A DNA stretch of 64,000 bases from Chrysomallon squamiferum (lineage: Eukaryota; Animalia; Mollusca): positions 13,144,001 through 13,208,000 of the forward strand of contig CM022668.1 in assembly GCA_012295275.1 (NCBI GenBank), in the 5' to 3' direction. Position numbers and translations under genes: made by a program. Below, piece by piece: positions 13,930 to 30,017 of this stretch; positions within the stretch are counted from its first letter, which is position 1; every line of letters starts with the position of its first letter. The notes under the pieces are model-generated. The model worked only from the letters and a program-made list of their open reading frames with translations, was not told where the DNA came from and did not search any database.

Positions 13930-14465
13930 TTTGATGAAGATATACGTAAGCACAAAAACAGACACATAGATATACATCATGTGCCTAAATATATATACAT
14001 ACATACATACACACGTACATACATATACACACACATACAGATAGAGATACACATATACAGATACACACATACATGCATACACATATACACCACACACATA
14101 CATATATATACACATATATGACACACACTAACATGCATACATACATATATATATACACACACACACACATATATATCCACATACATAACACATACTAACA
14201 TACATACATATATATATATATACACACATACGTTCATACATACATATACACATACATAACACATGCAACATACATACTTACATATTACATATATACACGT
14301 ACATAAATACATACATACATACATACATTCAAACACACATACATACATACATACATATTACATACGTACAAACATACATAGATACATACATACATACATA
14401 AATACGTACATACATACATACATATTACATACATACATCCATACATACATACATACATACATATT
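13930..14465. repeat. Degenerate (ATAC/AC)n microsatellite
   Basis: Direct reading. Confidence 0.85.
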
Positions 14466-15072
14466 TGTACATAAATAATTTAAGGAAATGATGCAGTGAA
14501 TGCTGACGTTTAAGATAGTTTATTTTTTTTGTGTTCATTATGATTTAGAAAAATGTTAAAACTACAAAATCTGCGTCACTTCCTGGTAACACTACTATTA
14601 TGACGTAACGTGTTGTGAGAATATTGTATATATATGTGCTGTATATTTATACTTGTTAATTTGTGTTTATTTGATCTGACAGTTAGCACCTCTTTTCCTG
14701 TTTTATCATCAGTACTTATTAAAATATTACAGTATGGATATGAGTGACGAAGTTTTGCCATTGTTGCAGAAATCTTCTTGACGATAATTAACTTGCCGAA
14801 TAATAACGAAAAATGCCGAGCTATATTAATACATTTCTCGCACATGAGGAACTGTGAAATTAACTAAATCAGTTAACGAAGATTCCCGATTGATGTCGAA
14901 TATAGACTTTTTTTTTGTTTTCTGTTCAGTAACGAATGATCGTACTTCTGGTTTCCGAAAAATACCGAACAGAACACAAAATGTCTTCTGAAAGTTTTAT
15001 TTTCTTGTTATTGTTAATGTTTGCATGTTCATTTTCTATGATTTTTCAGTCAGTGTTTTAAACGGCTATTCT

Positions 15073-15203
<131 letters not shown>

Positions 15204-15668
15204 CAAAATTTTTAATGTCTAACCGAAGATCCCGGTCGTTGTGGGGGTATTTTTATTTTTTTTTTATTTTTTTTTTAAATGTAATTTATCTACTTTCCGA
15301 AAGATAACGGAAAATACCGATCTGTATTAATACAATTAGGATTTCCTGTGCCTGGGCGTTCTTTAATTCTTAAATACATACCATACGTACATACTTAGAC
15401 ACACATACATACATATATACATGCATACACAAATATACATACATACATACATACGTACGTACATACATACACACATACATATATACATACATACATACAT
15501 ACACACATACATACATACATACACATACATTCATACACACATACATACATACATACATACATATTTTCAAAATACATGATAGTGGTAGCAGTAATAATAA
15601 TAGTAAAAGAAGTCGTGATAAAAGTAGTAATAATAGTAGCAGCTGTAGTAGTAATAGGAATAGTAGTA

Positions 15669-15701
<33 letters not shown>

Positions 15702-15875
15702 AAAGCAGCAGTAGTAGAAATATTTGTACTAGTAGTAGTTTAGTTCTTTTTATAAAATAACGTTTTTTTTATGCTTATTCAAATATTACTTTACTGTTAA
15801 TACTATTACTACTTTTACTTCTACTAGTAGCACCATCACAACTACTACTATTACTATTACTATAATAACTACTAC

Positions 15876-15907
<32 letters not shown>

Positions 15908-16076
15908 GTAATAATATGATGATGATGATGATGATGATGGAAAGAAAAGAACAAAGAACAGGAATAAACTGACACTTATTTAACCAAAATACATTCATCC
16001 ATCCATCCATCCATCCATCCATCCATCCATCCATCCATCCATCCATCCGTCTATTCACACATTCACACACGCTTAC

Positions 16077-16655
16077 CTTTTCGTTGCCAAGTTAACTTCA
16101 GTGTGAGATAAAACGTCCCTGTTGTGAAAACAGTTCTTCACTTTCTCATTTTACACGACGAGAACTCTCGATAATTGTAGAAAACCGAATTTTTTTTTTT
16201 TTTTCTTCTCTAAAAAAAAATTTACGATATGACGCCTCCCAGAAGTCTTCGAAACTTCTAAACGTTGTCACACACCGCCAGCTTTAATAAAGTAGCCCTA
16301 AAGAATCGATTTATTTATTATTATTATTATTATTATTTTATTTTATTTTTTTTTGTCAGTTATCTCCAATAACACTTTTATAACAACGTTGCTCAATAGC
16401 TCGCACTTTACCTAACGCCGTTTTCTAGACGTCTTAATCAAACTAGACACGCGTTTATTGGACCTCTTTCCGTGGCCAATCAAATTGTTACCTCTGGGCG
16501 GGTGAGGCGAGCGCCAAGAACCAATCAGAATTCAGCACGCCTGCACTTCGAGGTGCGGAGAGAGAGAGAGAGATGGGGGAGATCACGTGATTTGTGAATG
16601 ACGTTTGGCGTTACGTTAGTGCGCGAAATCCGATTTGCATGGCGTTACGTGACAG
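16077..16655 (-). promoter_or_regulatory. Second candidate promoter plus non-coding first exon
   Basis: Strong donor AAAAG|GTAAGC (intron from 16076). Upstream CpG-rich block 16440-16655 has three CCAAT boxes, E-box TCACGTGA, octamer ATTTGCAT and GTTACGT sites. Confidence 0.45.
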
Positions 16656-16887
16656 TGTTATTCATCGGTTCTTATTATTAATAAAACACCTGCCCCCTGA
16701 ATTTTCATACTGTTCGAGGGACACAGACAAAGAAATATCTATATATATATATATATATCTATATATGTGTGTGTGCAGGGGCGTTTTATCTGATAATGAA
16801 GTAAATATTTTGATTATACTATTTTGGTTAAACACGTATTCAGGTTGGTTTTATTCTTTACTCCTTTCATTACCATCATCATCATCA

Positions 16888-16934
<47 letters not shown>

Positions 16935-16935
<1 letters not shown>

Positions 16936-17242
16936 AGGTTGATTGTCCCATATCAGAAGATCCTAAATCCGAAAGTTTTTTGGAGAAGCAGAAATAATAA
17001 AATCTTAATAATTTTCAGACATTTTATTTTTTTGTGCACAAAATCATTAAAAATATTATTTTTAAAAAATCCTGCAGATTATCTGTGTAAACTGTATATG
17101 AAAAATAAATGGAATTCATATTTAGATGTAGATTCTGTTCTCATGCTGTCTCTTTATATTCCAAAATCCGAAATATTCCGAAAAATTCCGAAATCTGAAA
17201 GATTTCCGACCCGAAGCATTTCGGAAAAGGATTCTCAATCAC
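16935..17242. mobile_element. Tigger4/MER46-like non-autonomous pogo-family element
   Basis: TA|CAGGTTGATTGTCCCATATCAGAA ... AAGCATTTCGGAAAAGGATTCTCAATCAC|TA: imperfect TIRs, TA flanks and subterminal AAATCCGAAA repeats. Resembles the recalled MER46/Tigger4 consensus. Confidence 0.7.
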
Positions 17243-17780
17243 TATTATTATTATTGTTATTATTATTATAGAGACGCTGATCTCAGTTTTGTTAAATAAA
17301 TCCTAGGTCATTTTTGGCTTTTTGTTTCTAGAAAGTTCTTAAGTAAAATTGGTGTTTTTGCTGACGGAATGTGGGTTCTCGTCAAGTTTGAAGAGAGGCA
17401 GCTCATAAAGTAATTAATATTTCTAATCTGCCAAATCAGTATAATTTTAAAATATCGGTTCTAAACGATAGATATGTTATTTATCGTCTTTAAAATTTCA
17501 ACGGTTAACGGAAATATACTCATTTAGGTGTGTGTATTTTTGCTTTTATTGGATTATTGTGTATATGTATGTTTGTTATATTTGTCTTTTTGTCGTGCGT
17601 CTATTTAGGAACGAATTTTCTCCGTGTCATTGATATACGATTAGACTCTTGACATACATGTATGTATGCATGTATGTATGTATATTCTACGTAATATGTA
17701 TGTTTAAAATTCAAATATGTGGCAGATACAAACGCTAAGAGAAAAACAACAGAAACATAATGGATACAGATAAATAAATA

Positions 17781-17784
<4 letters not shown>

Positions 17785-17870
<86 letters not shown>
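17785..17870. repeat. (GA)n microsatellite
   Basis: Direct reading. Confidence 0.9.
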
Positions 17871-17873
<3 letters not shown>

Positions 17874-18140
17874 GTTAAGGGAGAAAAACCACACGGATTC
17901 AACGCACGAAAACGAAAAGACCAAAATTCTCTCATTTATTCCCACTGTTGCCACGGAAACGTAATCTCGTAATCCTGTGCAATTAATTGTTCATAATAAT
18001 GACACACATTTATCCACAATGCTGATGGATGGCTAGTCTATTCATTAAGGAAGGTCCCAGCATAATAGATAACGATAATTATTTCGTTATGACCCTTAAC
18101 ATTTTGTCTGGCAAAAAAAAAAAAAAAAAAACAAAAAAAG

Positions 18141-18176
<36 letters not shown>

Positions 18177-18875
18177 CAAATAAAATATAATAATAAAAAA
18201 AAAATTAAAAAATTAAAACAAAATTGTTTTTTTTAAATTAAAATATGTTATGGATAGAAAAAAACTTTTTTTCTTTAAAGGATAGACAGGCATGATTATC
18301 AAGTGTTAGGAATATTAGTTAGTTTACTTAAAGCAATTTTCAGGTGTTTTATTTTAATAAAAAGATGAAAATCTGCAGCAATGAGCAACACAGATCTTTT
18401 AAGAAAAAGGCATAAACATCGTAATTTTGAAATTACATAATTTCCGCAGTCGTGGTACAACAACAACAACAACAACAACAACAATGATAATATATCATTT
18501 TTATAGATTTGTTAATAATAATAATAATAATAATAATAAAATATTAATAAAGAATCAACAATAAAAAATAAAAATAAAAATGTATAATCAATTTTAACAA
18601 ATCTATAAAATGATATATATCTATATATAATTTTTTTTTTTAAAGAACGCAAACACACACAAACGCACACTCAGTAAGTTTTACATAGCAAAACCAAAAC
18701 CAACGTATGTGTAGACAAAATATGTAAAAAAAAAAAAAAAATCATCATTCTTATTTTTTTCTTAAAATTACTAGTCACAAATAAAATTTTGTATTCGGTA
18801 ACGATTAGGTATTCCAGTTGTGACGTGTTTTCCATCACGTGACTGCATGCTAACATTTATTTATAGCATAGGTGA

Positions 18876-18931
<56 letters not shown>

Positions 18932-20149
18932 TATACATACATACATACATACATACACACATACATACATACATACATATATACATACACATTAAAAAGT
19001 AACATTTTTAATGTTATATAAAATAAACCAATATATTTGTTCATATAAAGATAGCACGCATTTTTAATACTGTTGAAATTTCAAGGTAGCTGACATAAAA
19101 TGAACTTTCCTTTAAACTACGAAAGCTGGACAAAACATTCTTATAGCAAGGATATAGATACGTCTATTCCAATTTCAAATATAGCACCAGAAAGCAAGAC
19201 TTAGGTACTTTTCTTTTAATTATGTTTTTCCCTTTGGTTTCGTTCATTCTATTCTTCTTTTTTTTTTTTTTTTTTCTTTTCTTTTATATACATTTTTTTA
19301 AAGTTATATGTAAATACATATATACACACAAACACATATATGAATAGTTTTCAGAATATCGTTAACATCTAGAATTAGGAACAAGGGAGATAATATTATT
19401 TTGGCGGGAACTAGCTGCGTCGCGTTCCGGAAGTCAGCTGACGTATGAGTCTGACAGTCGTAAAATAACGTTTCGAGTTATATTTCCAAGCTGGTTCTTG
19501 GAAAATCTGAGAAAGTGTGAAATTATTATCAAATCATGCGACCAGAACAGCAAAATAAAACATGTCAGTTTGCAGTGAAAATGTTTGCGAAATAATTTTG
19601 AAGTTGTAGGCCTATATGGAAATATTAGAATTATCACTAGTAGTTGTTGTCGTAGTAGTAGTAGTAGTAGTAGATTGGTAGCAGCAGCAGTATTTTTTGT
19701 AGAAGTGGTAGTAGTAGTTGTAGTAATAATATTAGGAACGGTAATAATGTAGCAGAAGTAGTAGTTGTAGCAGTGGTAGTAGATGTATTAATAGTAGTGG
19801 TAGAAATATTATTATTATTATTATTATTATTTTAGTAGCGGTAACAGTAGTAGTAGTAGTAGTAGTAATAGTAGTAGTAGTAGTAGTAGTAGTTGTTGTT
19901 ATTGACGTTGTGGTAGTAGTAATAATAATAATTACTGTCGTAGTGACAGTCTTATGTCACCGAGATCGACGAATTGTGAATCACAGATAGAAGCGCATAA
20001 TATATACGCAAACGCACGCACGCGCACGCACACGCGCACACACACACACCCGCGCGTGCACACAAGGGACACCCCTACAACAAAACTTATCAATTATATA
20101 TTCATAATTATCCTCAACGTGTCAAAGCACTTGAACGTTTCATCGAGTT

Positions 20150-20523
20150 AACGTCCTGATTTCAGGCCTTATCCAACTGACCAGAAATGGCGCGCACAAA
20201 TTATTAATTACATAAACAGAAAGACCACTTCCTGGCGCGCGCCACATAATAATATCAAGCGCGAACAATCAGATTTGGTTAAACGCGGCCACCAACCTAA
20301 CTTGGTTTGCTGGTGTCTGGTGGCAACGTACGAAACGCGATGGGGGAGATAACGGTTAATAAGAAATTAATTTTTTTTTTTTTTTTTATCTTTTCTGTGA
20401 GAAAATCGTTAAGGAAATTAATGTAGCTGACATTTTGCGACACAGAGGTGAAACTGTCGAATGTGTGAAGAAGAAGAAGAAGGAAAAAAAAATAATAATA
20501 ATTAAAAAAAAAGCTTGGGTAGG
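20150..20523 (+). promoter_or_regulatory. Candidate promoter and first exon of an antisense (plus-strand) non-coding transcript
   Basis: CpG-rich block with ETS-like CACTTCCTG and GGCGCGC motifs, followed by stacked donors GG|GTAGGG|GTAAGT|GAGT at 20519-20533. Confidence 0.3.
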
Positions 20524-20592
20524 GTAAGTGAGTATGTGGGTGTGTGCGGACGTGTGGGAAGGTGGTGTTAGAATATTACATTATAAATCTGG

Positions 20593-20629
<37 letters not shown>

Positions 20630-20765
20630 TATATATTTATAGGAAATATGTTTAATTCCTGAAAATTTCTGAAAATATATATATCACTGAACCGAAAATA
20701 ATGTCAGTCAGAGGACAATCTATTTGCAGACTATGCACTGCCAGTTTCCTGATTGAATCAGAATT

Positions 20766-20804
<39 letters not shown>

Positions 20805-21657
20805 ATATATTTGGTAATAAGAATGAATAGTTACATTATTGTTATCGCCTTTTATTATTGGGAAATATTGCTGTTAAGAATCATTCACTTTGTGCCTGTC
20901 TTTAGGAACTATTTAAAATCACAGAAAGTTAATGTTTTAGAGTAGTAGTAATAGTAGTAGTGGTAGTGGTAGTGGTAGTAGTAGTAGTTAGTAGTAGTAG
21001 TAGTAGTAGTGGTTGTGGTGGTGGTAGTAGTAGTAGTATCAGCAGCAGCAGTGTGATGACAACGACAATGATGATGATGACGATAATAATGGGTATGATG
21101 ATCATAATGATTATTATTATTATGATAAAGACAATGATACAGCTGATGATGGTGATGATGGTTATTATTGTCACTGAAAGACGATAATGATGACTATGAT
21201 GATGATGATGATAATAATAATAATAATTGTGATTGATTTCTACTAAAATTTATTTGACATTAAGGTCAGCCGTGACAAAATACATCAAAAGAAACTGCGA
21301 GAATTTTTGAAAATTGCTTTTATACTTTTAATTTTTCAGCTCCTACGATATATATTTTTTTCTCTTTATTTTTTTTTTTTTTTTTTTTTTAAAATTATTA
21401 CTTATTTGCAGATGGTGTGTTAATTTTTCTAGTAATTTGACAGCTCATTGAAGTTCTCTTCAGTTTATTATCCTCAACCCGTGGGCTTGAAAATATCCTA
21501 ACTTCAATTCGTTAAAGCACATTTTTTTTTTAAAATTCTAAAATATATTTTTAATTTTTTGGGTTTTTTTTAAATTATTTTTTTATGAATAATAGACAGA
21601 TGGTGGAAAATAACCAAATAAATCAATCAGAAAATAAATAAAATTAAAATAAAGAAA

Positions 21658-21698
<41 letters not shown>

Positions 21699-22534
21699 CG
21701 ACTGCGTTGTTTCTTGTCAGTAAAAAACGTCTGATGGTACAAATAACTAAATGCATTTTCAATACTATCAGGAGATCATACTCGTAACCAATGTTTGCTA
21801 ATAATAAAGTATTGAACACGATATGCATAAAAGCAATACTATTTAACATGGCAATAATAACAGCAATATTAATAATAACAAAAATATACAACTACTCTAC
21901 TACTACTACTACTACTACTACTAATACTACTACTACTACTACTGCTATTACTACTACTGCTGCTGCTACTACTACAACAACAGCAACAACTACTACTACT
22001 AATAATAATAACAATACTTTGGTAATATTAAAACGAAATGTTATTTAATATAGAAATATTAGCAGTTATATTATTATTTAATACGGTGCATATTAACAAG
22101 TACAATTAATCAATACGTTAATAATAATGTTAATAGAATATAATACTGTAATAATAAAAAGTAATAATATTATTTAATACGGTTATATCAAAAGTAATAT
22201 TTTTAAAGACATTAACATTAAAAAGTAATTTAATTTAATATACTATTATTAATATTTCTATTATTTAATTAGGTAATATTAAAAATAATATTATTTTATA
22301 TGACACTAATAATAATAAAAAAGGTGATATTATTTAGTAAAGTTAATATGCCATTTTATTCGACATGCTAATAAATATATTTATTAAAAGATAATACTGA
22401 AAACTGATATTAACTAACACAGTAATATTAAAAAAATGACATTGATTAAAACGGTAATATTAAACTGTAATATATTAATAATTTAAAAAAAGTAGCATCA
22501 TATATACCACGACATATAGAACACGTATACTTAC

Positions 22535-22802
22535 AGAAGGAGATCAAAATCTGGGCTTACTCCAGAGTCAAATGATGATCAGCGAACGAAAGAGAAAAAA
22601 AATCTAACAAAAATCTGAAAATTTCGCTTCTTTATCTTCCTTCTTTTGTTTCCTCCCGCGCACCGCTCAAAAACCACTTGCGATTATTGCTGTCAGGGCT
22701 TACACACGAAACACGTGGAATAGCGTCAGTTCTGCTTTTTGTGTTGAACGGATGACAATTGTTATTGAATGCAAATAAAAATCTCTACCAATGAGACACG
22801 AG

Positions 22803-22833
<31 letters not shown>

Positions 22834-23320
22834 GCGCGCGCGCTCTCGCGCGAGCACGGGCCCCAGACGCTTTCCTGAGAGAATTTCAGTTCCCAACCGC
22901 CATGATCTCACTTATTGTGTAGAGCCGGCCGCCGCATTCTGTTTGTTCTCGCCATTTTAGCTTTTCATTAGAATTGTTTTCGCGCCTAGACGAGTATCGG
23001 GTTTGTTTGTTAAGCGTACCACTTCACGAGAATCAGTTATGAAATATTCATGGCGCGGGGAGTCGAGGGGAAACAACGCGACCGCGATGAATTCAGCGCG
23101 AGAGAGCGATTATTATTATTTTTTTTTTTTTTTTTTTTTTGAATCAGAAGAGCTATCGAACGTAGGATGTTATTAATTTGAAAAACAGGTGTAATGGTTT
23201 TCGAGTGTGGTTACCAGCCGGTTGATTTCGCGTTGCGCATGCGCGCGATTTCTCAGCCAGTGTCCGTAGCTGCCAGACCGTTACGGAAAGAGTCTTTCAA
23301 GATGGCGGCGTGCCAGGACG
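22535..23320 (-). promoter_or_regulatory. CpG-island-like promoter with non-coding first exon, possibly bidirectional
   Basis: Minus-strand donors GTAAGT (intron from 22534) and GTAAGC (from 22560), CCAAT ~22788, (CG)n tract ~22833, YY1 CGCCATTTT ~22950, NRF1 TGCGCATGCGCG 23234-23245, YY1 CAAGATGGCGGC 23298-23309. Confidence 0.5.
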
Positions 23321-23555
23321 AAAGTTTGGGCGACATGGTTTTTGAGTTAGCGTTGTTATTGAACAGGTCTGTCGAGACAAAGGCTGCGAAAGGAGAGAAA
23401 GAACTTTTAAGATATATACTTTTTTTTTTTTTTCTTTTTGTTTTTTTTTTCTTTTCATGAATGTCCTGCAGCTTTTGAACTTGTTGACAAATGGTTATTC
23501 GTCCGTCCAGTGTGTTATTGTTTGTTTTGGTTTTGTTTTGTTTCTCGCTGTGGTG

Positions 23556-23588
<33 letters not shown>

Positions 23589-23642
23589 GTCAAGGTTCTT
23601 CAAAAAAGTATAATAAATATACAGAGACTCCCAAATAGATGG

Positions 23643-23730
<88 letters not shown>

Positions 23731-23827
23731 TGATGATAATAATAATGATGAATGATGATGATTAGATTTGTCATAGTTTTATATGGGTGAGAAAGAATTT
23801 ATCAAGACAAATCCTTATCATCATCAC

Positions 23828-23904
<77 letters not shown>

Positions 23905-24179
23905 ACTGCAGATGTCACAAGACCCGTAGTTCTGGAATGGTACAGTATGAACCATAATTATTAACACTATAATTATTACGTCAGATACTAATTATTATGT
24001 CATATGTAGTATAGATGTTATTTAAAGGTATCAGACGTAAAAATTGTTTTGAGTCTGTGGGTGGTATTTTATATTGCACAGGATTTGTTTTAAGTGTTAA
24101 TTTGTTTTCTGTATCAAAATATACTATGCTTTTGTTGTCTCTACCTGTTACACTGGAAAAGATCTGAGAAGAAGATCAT

Positions 24180-24294
24180 AATCTGTCTGTCTGTCTGTCT
24201 CTCTCTCTCAGATATATATATATATATATATATGTCTGTTTATCTATCTATCTCTCTGTATGTCTCTGTATCTCTCTTTCTATCTATATCTTTG

Positions 24295-24385
<91 letters not shown>

Positions 24386-24507
24386 CGCTCATTCTATATC
24401 TATATGACTATATAGCTGTCTGTATCTCTCTTTCGCTCTCTTTCTACATATATATGAGTATATATCTGTGTCTCTCTCGCTCTCTCTCTTTCTTTCTACA
24501 AATATGG

Positions 24508-24605
<98 letters not shown>

Positions 24606-24610
24606 CTCTC
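24180..24610. repeat. (CT)n-rich compound microsatellite
   Basis: Direct reading. Confidence 0.85.
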
Positions 24611-24839
24611 ATATACATACATGAAAAGATATATGGTGGGCGCAGAAAAGTGTAATCCGCCTCAGATTGTATCATAAACAGTAGGCTACCTCGACTGTAT
24701 TCTTTGAGTAAAAAACATTTACATTGTCACTTTAATTAGTTTTATTATCACAAAGTGTTTTAACAAACTAGTGAAGAACACACCATCAGAGCGTAACTAA
24801 TGAAACATCCAGTTATTCCGAGCAGTACAACCACAAAAC

Positions 24840-25080
24840 TGCTCGCGATTAATTTCGCCGGAAGTACTTTGTTCAGTAACAAGATGGCGATTGAACAGAA
24901 AAAAAAAAAAAAAAAAAAACGTATTTACCTCAAATGAAAATTCTTTTCAGCAAGGTCTGTTTTCTTTGCTGTTTCGCGGAATATTAATAATAACCAATGA
25001 CGTCAAAGAGCACTCTTCAAGAAAATAACACTTGTGCTGACGTCACGGTAATACTCGAAACCGTTTCCGGTTGCTGTAAC
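24840..25080. promoter_or_regulatory. Enhancer/promoter-like motif cluster
   Basis: ETS CCGGAAGT 24858-24865, YY1 CAAGATGGCG 24880-24889, CCAAT overlapping a CRE at 24998-25005, second CRE at 25038-25045. Confidence 0.45.
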
Positions 25081-25585
25081 TTGCGATGAATGGAAAAAGT
25101 AAACAAGATGGAAGATTGAAAAATACAAAAAAAAAACATAAATAATATTCTTTTAACTCGAATAATTTGATATTAAACAAAATCAATCCAACGCCTTCTA
25201 AACTATTTTTTTTTTTTTTTTTTTTTTTTTGGTCCTTAATGCGTAATAAATTAAGTTATTTTAATTGGACATTTTATTTCTTTGTAATACTGAAATTTTA
25301 ATTTCGTAAATAAAATGTAAAATGTCTCTTATTTCGAAAGATTTCCGAGTGTTACTAAATTTAGAATAATTAAATCTGTCGAGTTGTTTTTTTGAGAAAT
25401 ATATACATGAGCGGCTATAAATAATTTATTTTTAACATGCACGTTTACAATAACAACACGATTAATTAACAATGACGAGGAATAAATATCGACGAAGAGT
25501 AAGTCATTGAGAAGAATAAGAATGAAGAAAAATAATTGATAATAATTAAACAATAACTTCAACACTAACAAGAAAACAACAACAA

Positions 25586-25620
<35 letters not shown>

Positions 25621-25769
25621 AGATAGATATGGATTATGTCGAATATTTCCTACCGTAGAGAGAAAAAGCATTATTTGTGACGTCATCACTATTGTGACGT
25701 CATTGATAATACTCGCGTTATAATTAGCTTGAAGATGTTCAGCTGAGAAAAGTGAGAAATGTTGAACGA

Positions 25770-25823
<54 letters not shown>

Positions 25824-26144
25824 TAAAGATTTTTCTCGGTTTATGTAACATAAAATGTTAATTTATTTATTTACGAATTATAACAACTGTTCTTAATGTT
25901 ATTTTGATGTGATGTACCGTAGTAGATGTTTTACCATTGTGTGGCACCTCTACAAGACTACAACGATGGCGCAGAAGAAGAAAAATAAATATCGTTAAAA
26001 ATATATCGTTTGAAAATCGTTATTTATCAGATAAATATCTGTTTCCAACGTTTTTATTGATTACTTATTTTTTTTACTGATACATCTGTCTTGTAATATA
26101 AGAAAAAGAAATATAAAAGATTAGTAAGGTAATTTTCTAAATTT

Positions 26145-26186
<42 letters not shown>

Positions 26187-26488
26187 AATAATAATAATAA
26201 TAATAATGCGTAGTCGTTATTATTATTATCATTACTACTATTACTATTTCTACTGCTAGTGCTGTTTCTACTATTACTCCTGCTATTTCTGCTATTACTG
26301 CTATTACTACTACAACTACTACTACTATTGTTACTACTACAGCTATTATTATTATTATTATTATTATTATTCTATCAATTCATCTACTCATTTAAAGCCC
26401 CTATAGCTCAATTTTCCAACTCAAACAGGGCTCACAAAAGGTGTATCAAAACCCCTATCGCCCTATATTTGTATTCTACTTAGTAATG

Positions 26489-26543
<55 letters not shown>

Positions 26544-26819
26544 TTTTTTAAACTAGATAAATATCAATTTTACGATGTCAAACTGAAATAAATGTGAGGA
26601 CGTTGACTTTATTGTAGAGCTCACAGAACTCACTGAAAAGGTTCAGTTCATGAATTTTATTGTTCCAGCGATTAATTGTTCCCAGATCGTCAGTTTAGAA
26701 ATGTCAGTAAACACTTAATATTACATCATGTTTATGGTGATTTGAGTGAACTGTCATATTTTAGAAATAATTCGTTATATATGACGTTTGTGGCGAAGTA
26801 ATCCATACGTATGTGTCTA

Positions 26820-28016
<1,197 letters not shown>

Positions 28017-28359
28017 CAGGAGAACGTCCGCCCACATATTTCACACGTTATAATTTACTGAATCTGTCAGAGATGAAATACAACAAGGTTTACTTTGAAA
28101 CCAAAATCAGCCCGTAACGCTTGTCCAGTTGGAACAAGCTTAGACTGAGATACGGGACTCCATCCCACAAGTCTTTTTCAACCGTCTAGTTTTGTCCAAG
28201 CCTGTATCAACGCTAATGGTGGGTCACAGACACCATATTGTATCTGTGAATTCACGTTTTGTACCACCCCCGTTTTGGGCTGTGGTATAGTGGCTAGCGT
28301 TAACACATAATGATTTTGAATTTACATTTTCAATAAAGAACACAGACTTTTATTTTCTA

Positions 28360-28391
<32 letters not shown>

Positions 28392-29875
28392 GCTCTGTTC
28401 GTGATGCAGTTACTTTTTTTCCATCAGTATACGTCTGCATATAAATACCAACCCCACCAAAACGGGGAGGAAAAAAAACAAAAACAAAACAGACAAAAAA
28501 ACATGGCGGCCATTTTTGACAAAATTCTCCAGCGGCCAATCATCGTTCTGATAAGAGTGAATAATTAACACATATCAGAAGTGATTATGTAAATGTGTAA
28601 TAAGAATGCATGGGACACGCGTTTATCTCCTTCAACGGTGACAGATTTCATTTGATTTATTTCCCTTGATAACGCTCTTCGAAAACTGCTTTGTGAAACT
28701 AGAGCATTGAAATTTAAAGGGGCATTATCGGGGGGGGGGGAGGAAAAAAAAAAGAAAAAAAAAAGAAAAAGAAATTGCGATGTTTTATTTAAAAAGGTGA
28801 GAATATAATGTTTTGGGGTTTATTGATTATAATAACTGGTTCTTTTATTATTATTACTTTTTTTTTTTTAAACATTCTTCTTAATGTTATCTTCAGTTAA
28901 TTCTTTTTTTTTTTTTTTAATTTAATAACATCAAAGATATCATCATTTATTTAATTCTGACGATGATGATGATTTTCATAACTGCCGTATTTATTTGAGC
29001 CAATGAATTTCACTCCATTTTTGAAAATTGGTTCGTAACTGATTTAGAGAAACGTATATGGAATATACATGTTTTGGTATTATTCTTTTTTTTATTATTA
29101 TTTTCTTGATATATTATGCACACATACACACACTACAAAGTAAATAAATATATATAGAAACAAATAAATACATTTGAATAAGAATTATTTTATAAAACTA
29201 ATCTATAAAAATAAAACACAAAACTGGAAAAACATTCAATTATTTATATACATTTTTATTAAAATCACTGATAATCATATTATCTATAAAGTATTTTTAA
29301 TCCCAGTCACTTTATAAAATATTTAAATTTATTTCTGGTGCATGGACCCATCTCTATGTATTCACACAAAATCTTAAATGTTTCCTACATCTTTTTAGTG
29401 AATTTAAATTTTGGTTATTTTTAAAAATAACAAGTCACACTTTTAAAAATACACATATTTTCATGCTAGCTCTGTTTTTTTCTATTTTGAATCACTTCTT
29501 AAAATGTAAAATTAATACAACCAGTTATTTTTGAAACTGTTAATAAATTTATACTTAACAATGGTTTTTATAAAATCATTCTTTTTTAATTTAAAAAGAA
29601 AATATGTCTCAATATTTTTCTTTTTAATTTAAAAATAAATTAAAACATTACTTTTTATGTACTTTTGTTTTTCAAACCAAACGTTTTTTAATAAAATAAA
29701 AAAAAAAAAAATAAAATAAAATAATAATAATAAAATATCTGTTTTATTCTTCTTTTTCTTATTTATTTATTTATTTATTTATTTTTATTTTTCCTTTATT
29801 TTATTTTTGTTTGTATTTTACAGATCTCATCAACTTTCTGACATTTTTTTTATTATTTAAATTTTTTTCTTTTCT

Positions 29876-29919
<44 letters not shown>

Positions 29920-30017
29920 AAATAAAATAATGTTTATTATATTAACAACTCCAAGTTCTGGTTTCTTTCTGTGACAGTTTTTTTTTGTGTTTTTTTGTTT
30001 GTTTTTTAAAACAAAGT

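Noticed and set aside
16594-17271. Longest ORF in the window (225 aa)
   Set aside because: It runs through promoter motifs, (TA)n, (TAT)n and a non-coding MITE. No transposase or other domain.
28277-28305. tRNA/SINE-like A-box GGGCTGTGGTATAGTGGCTAGCG
   Set aside because: No B-box or cloverleaf follows.
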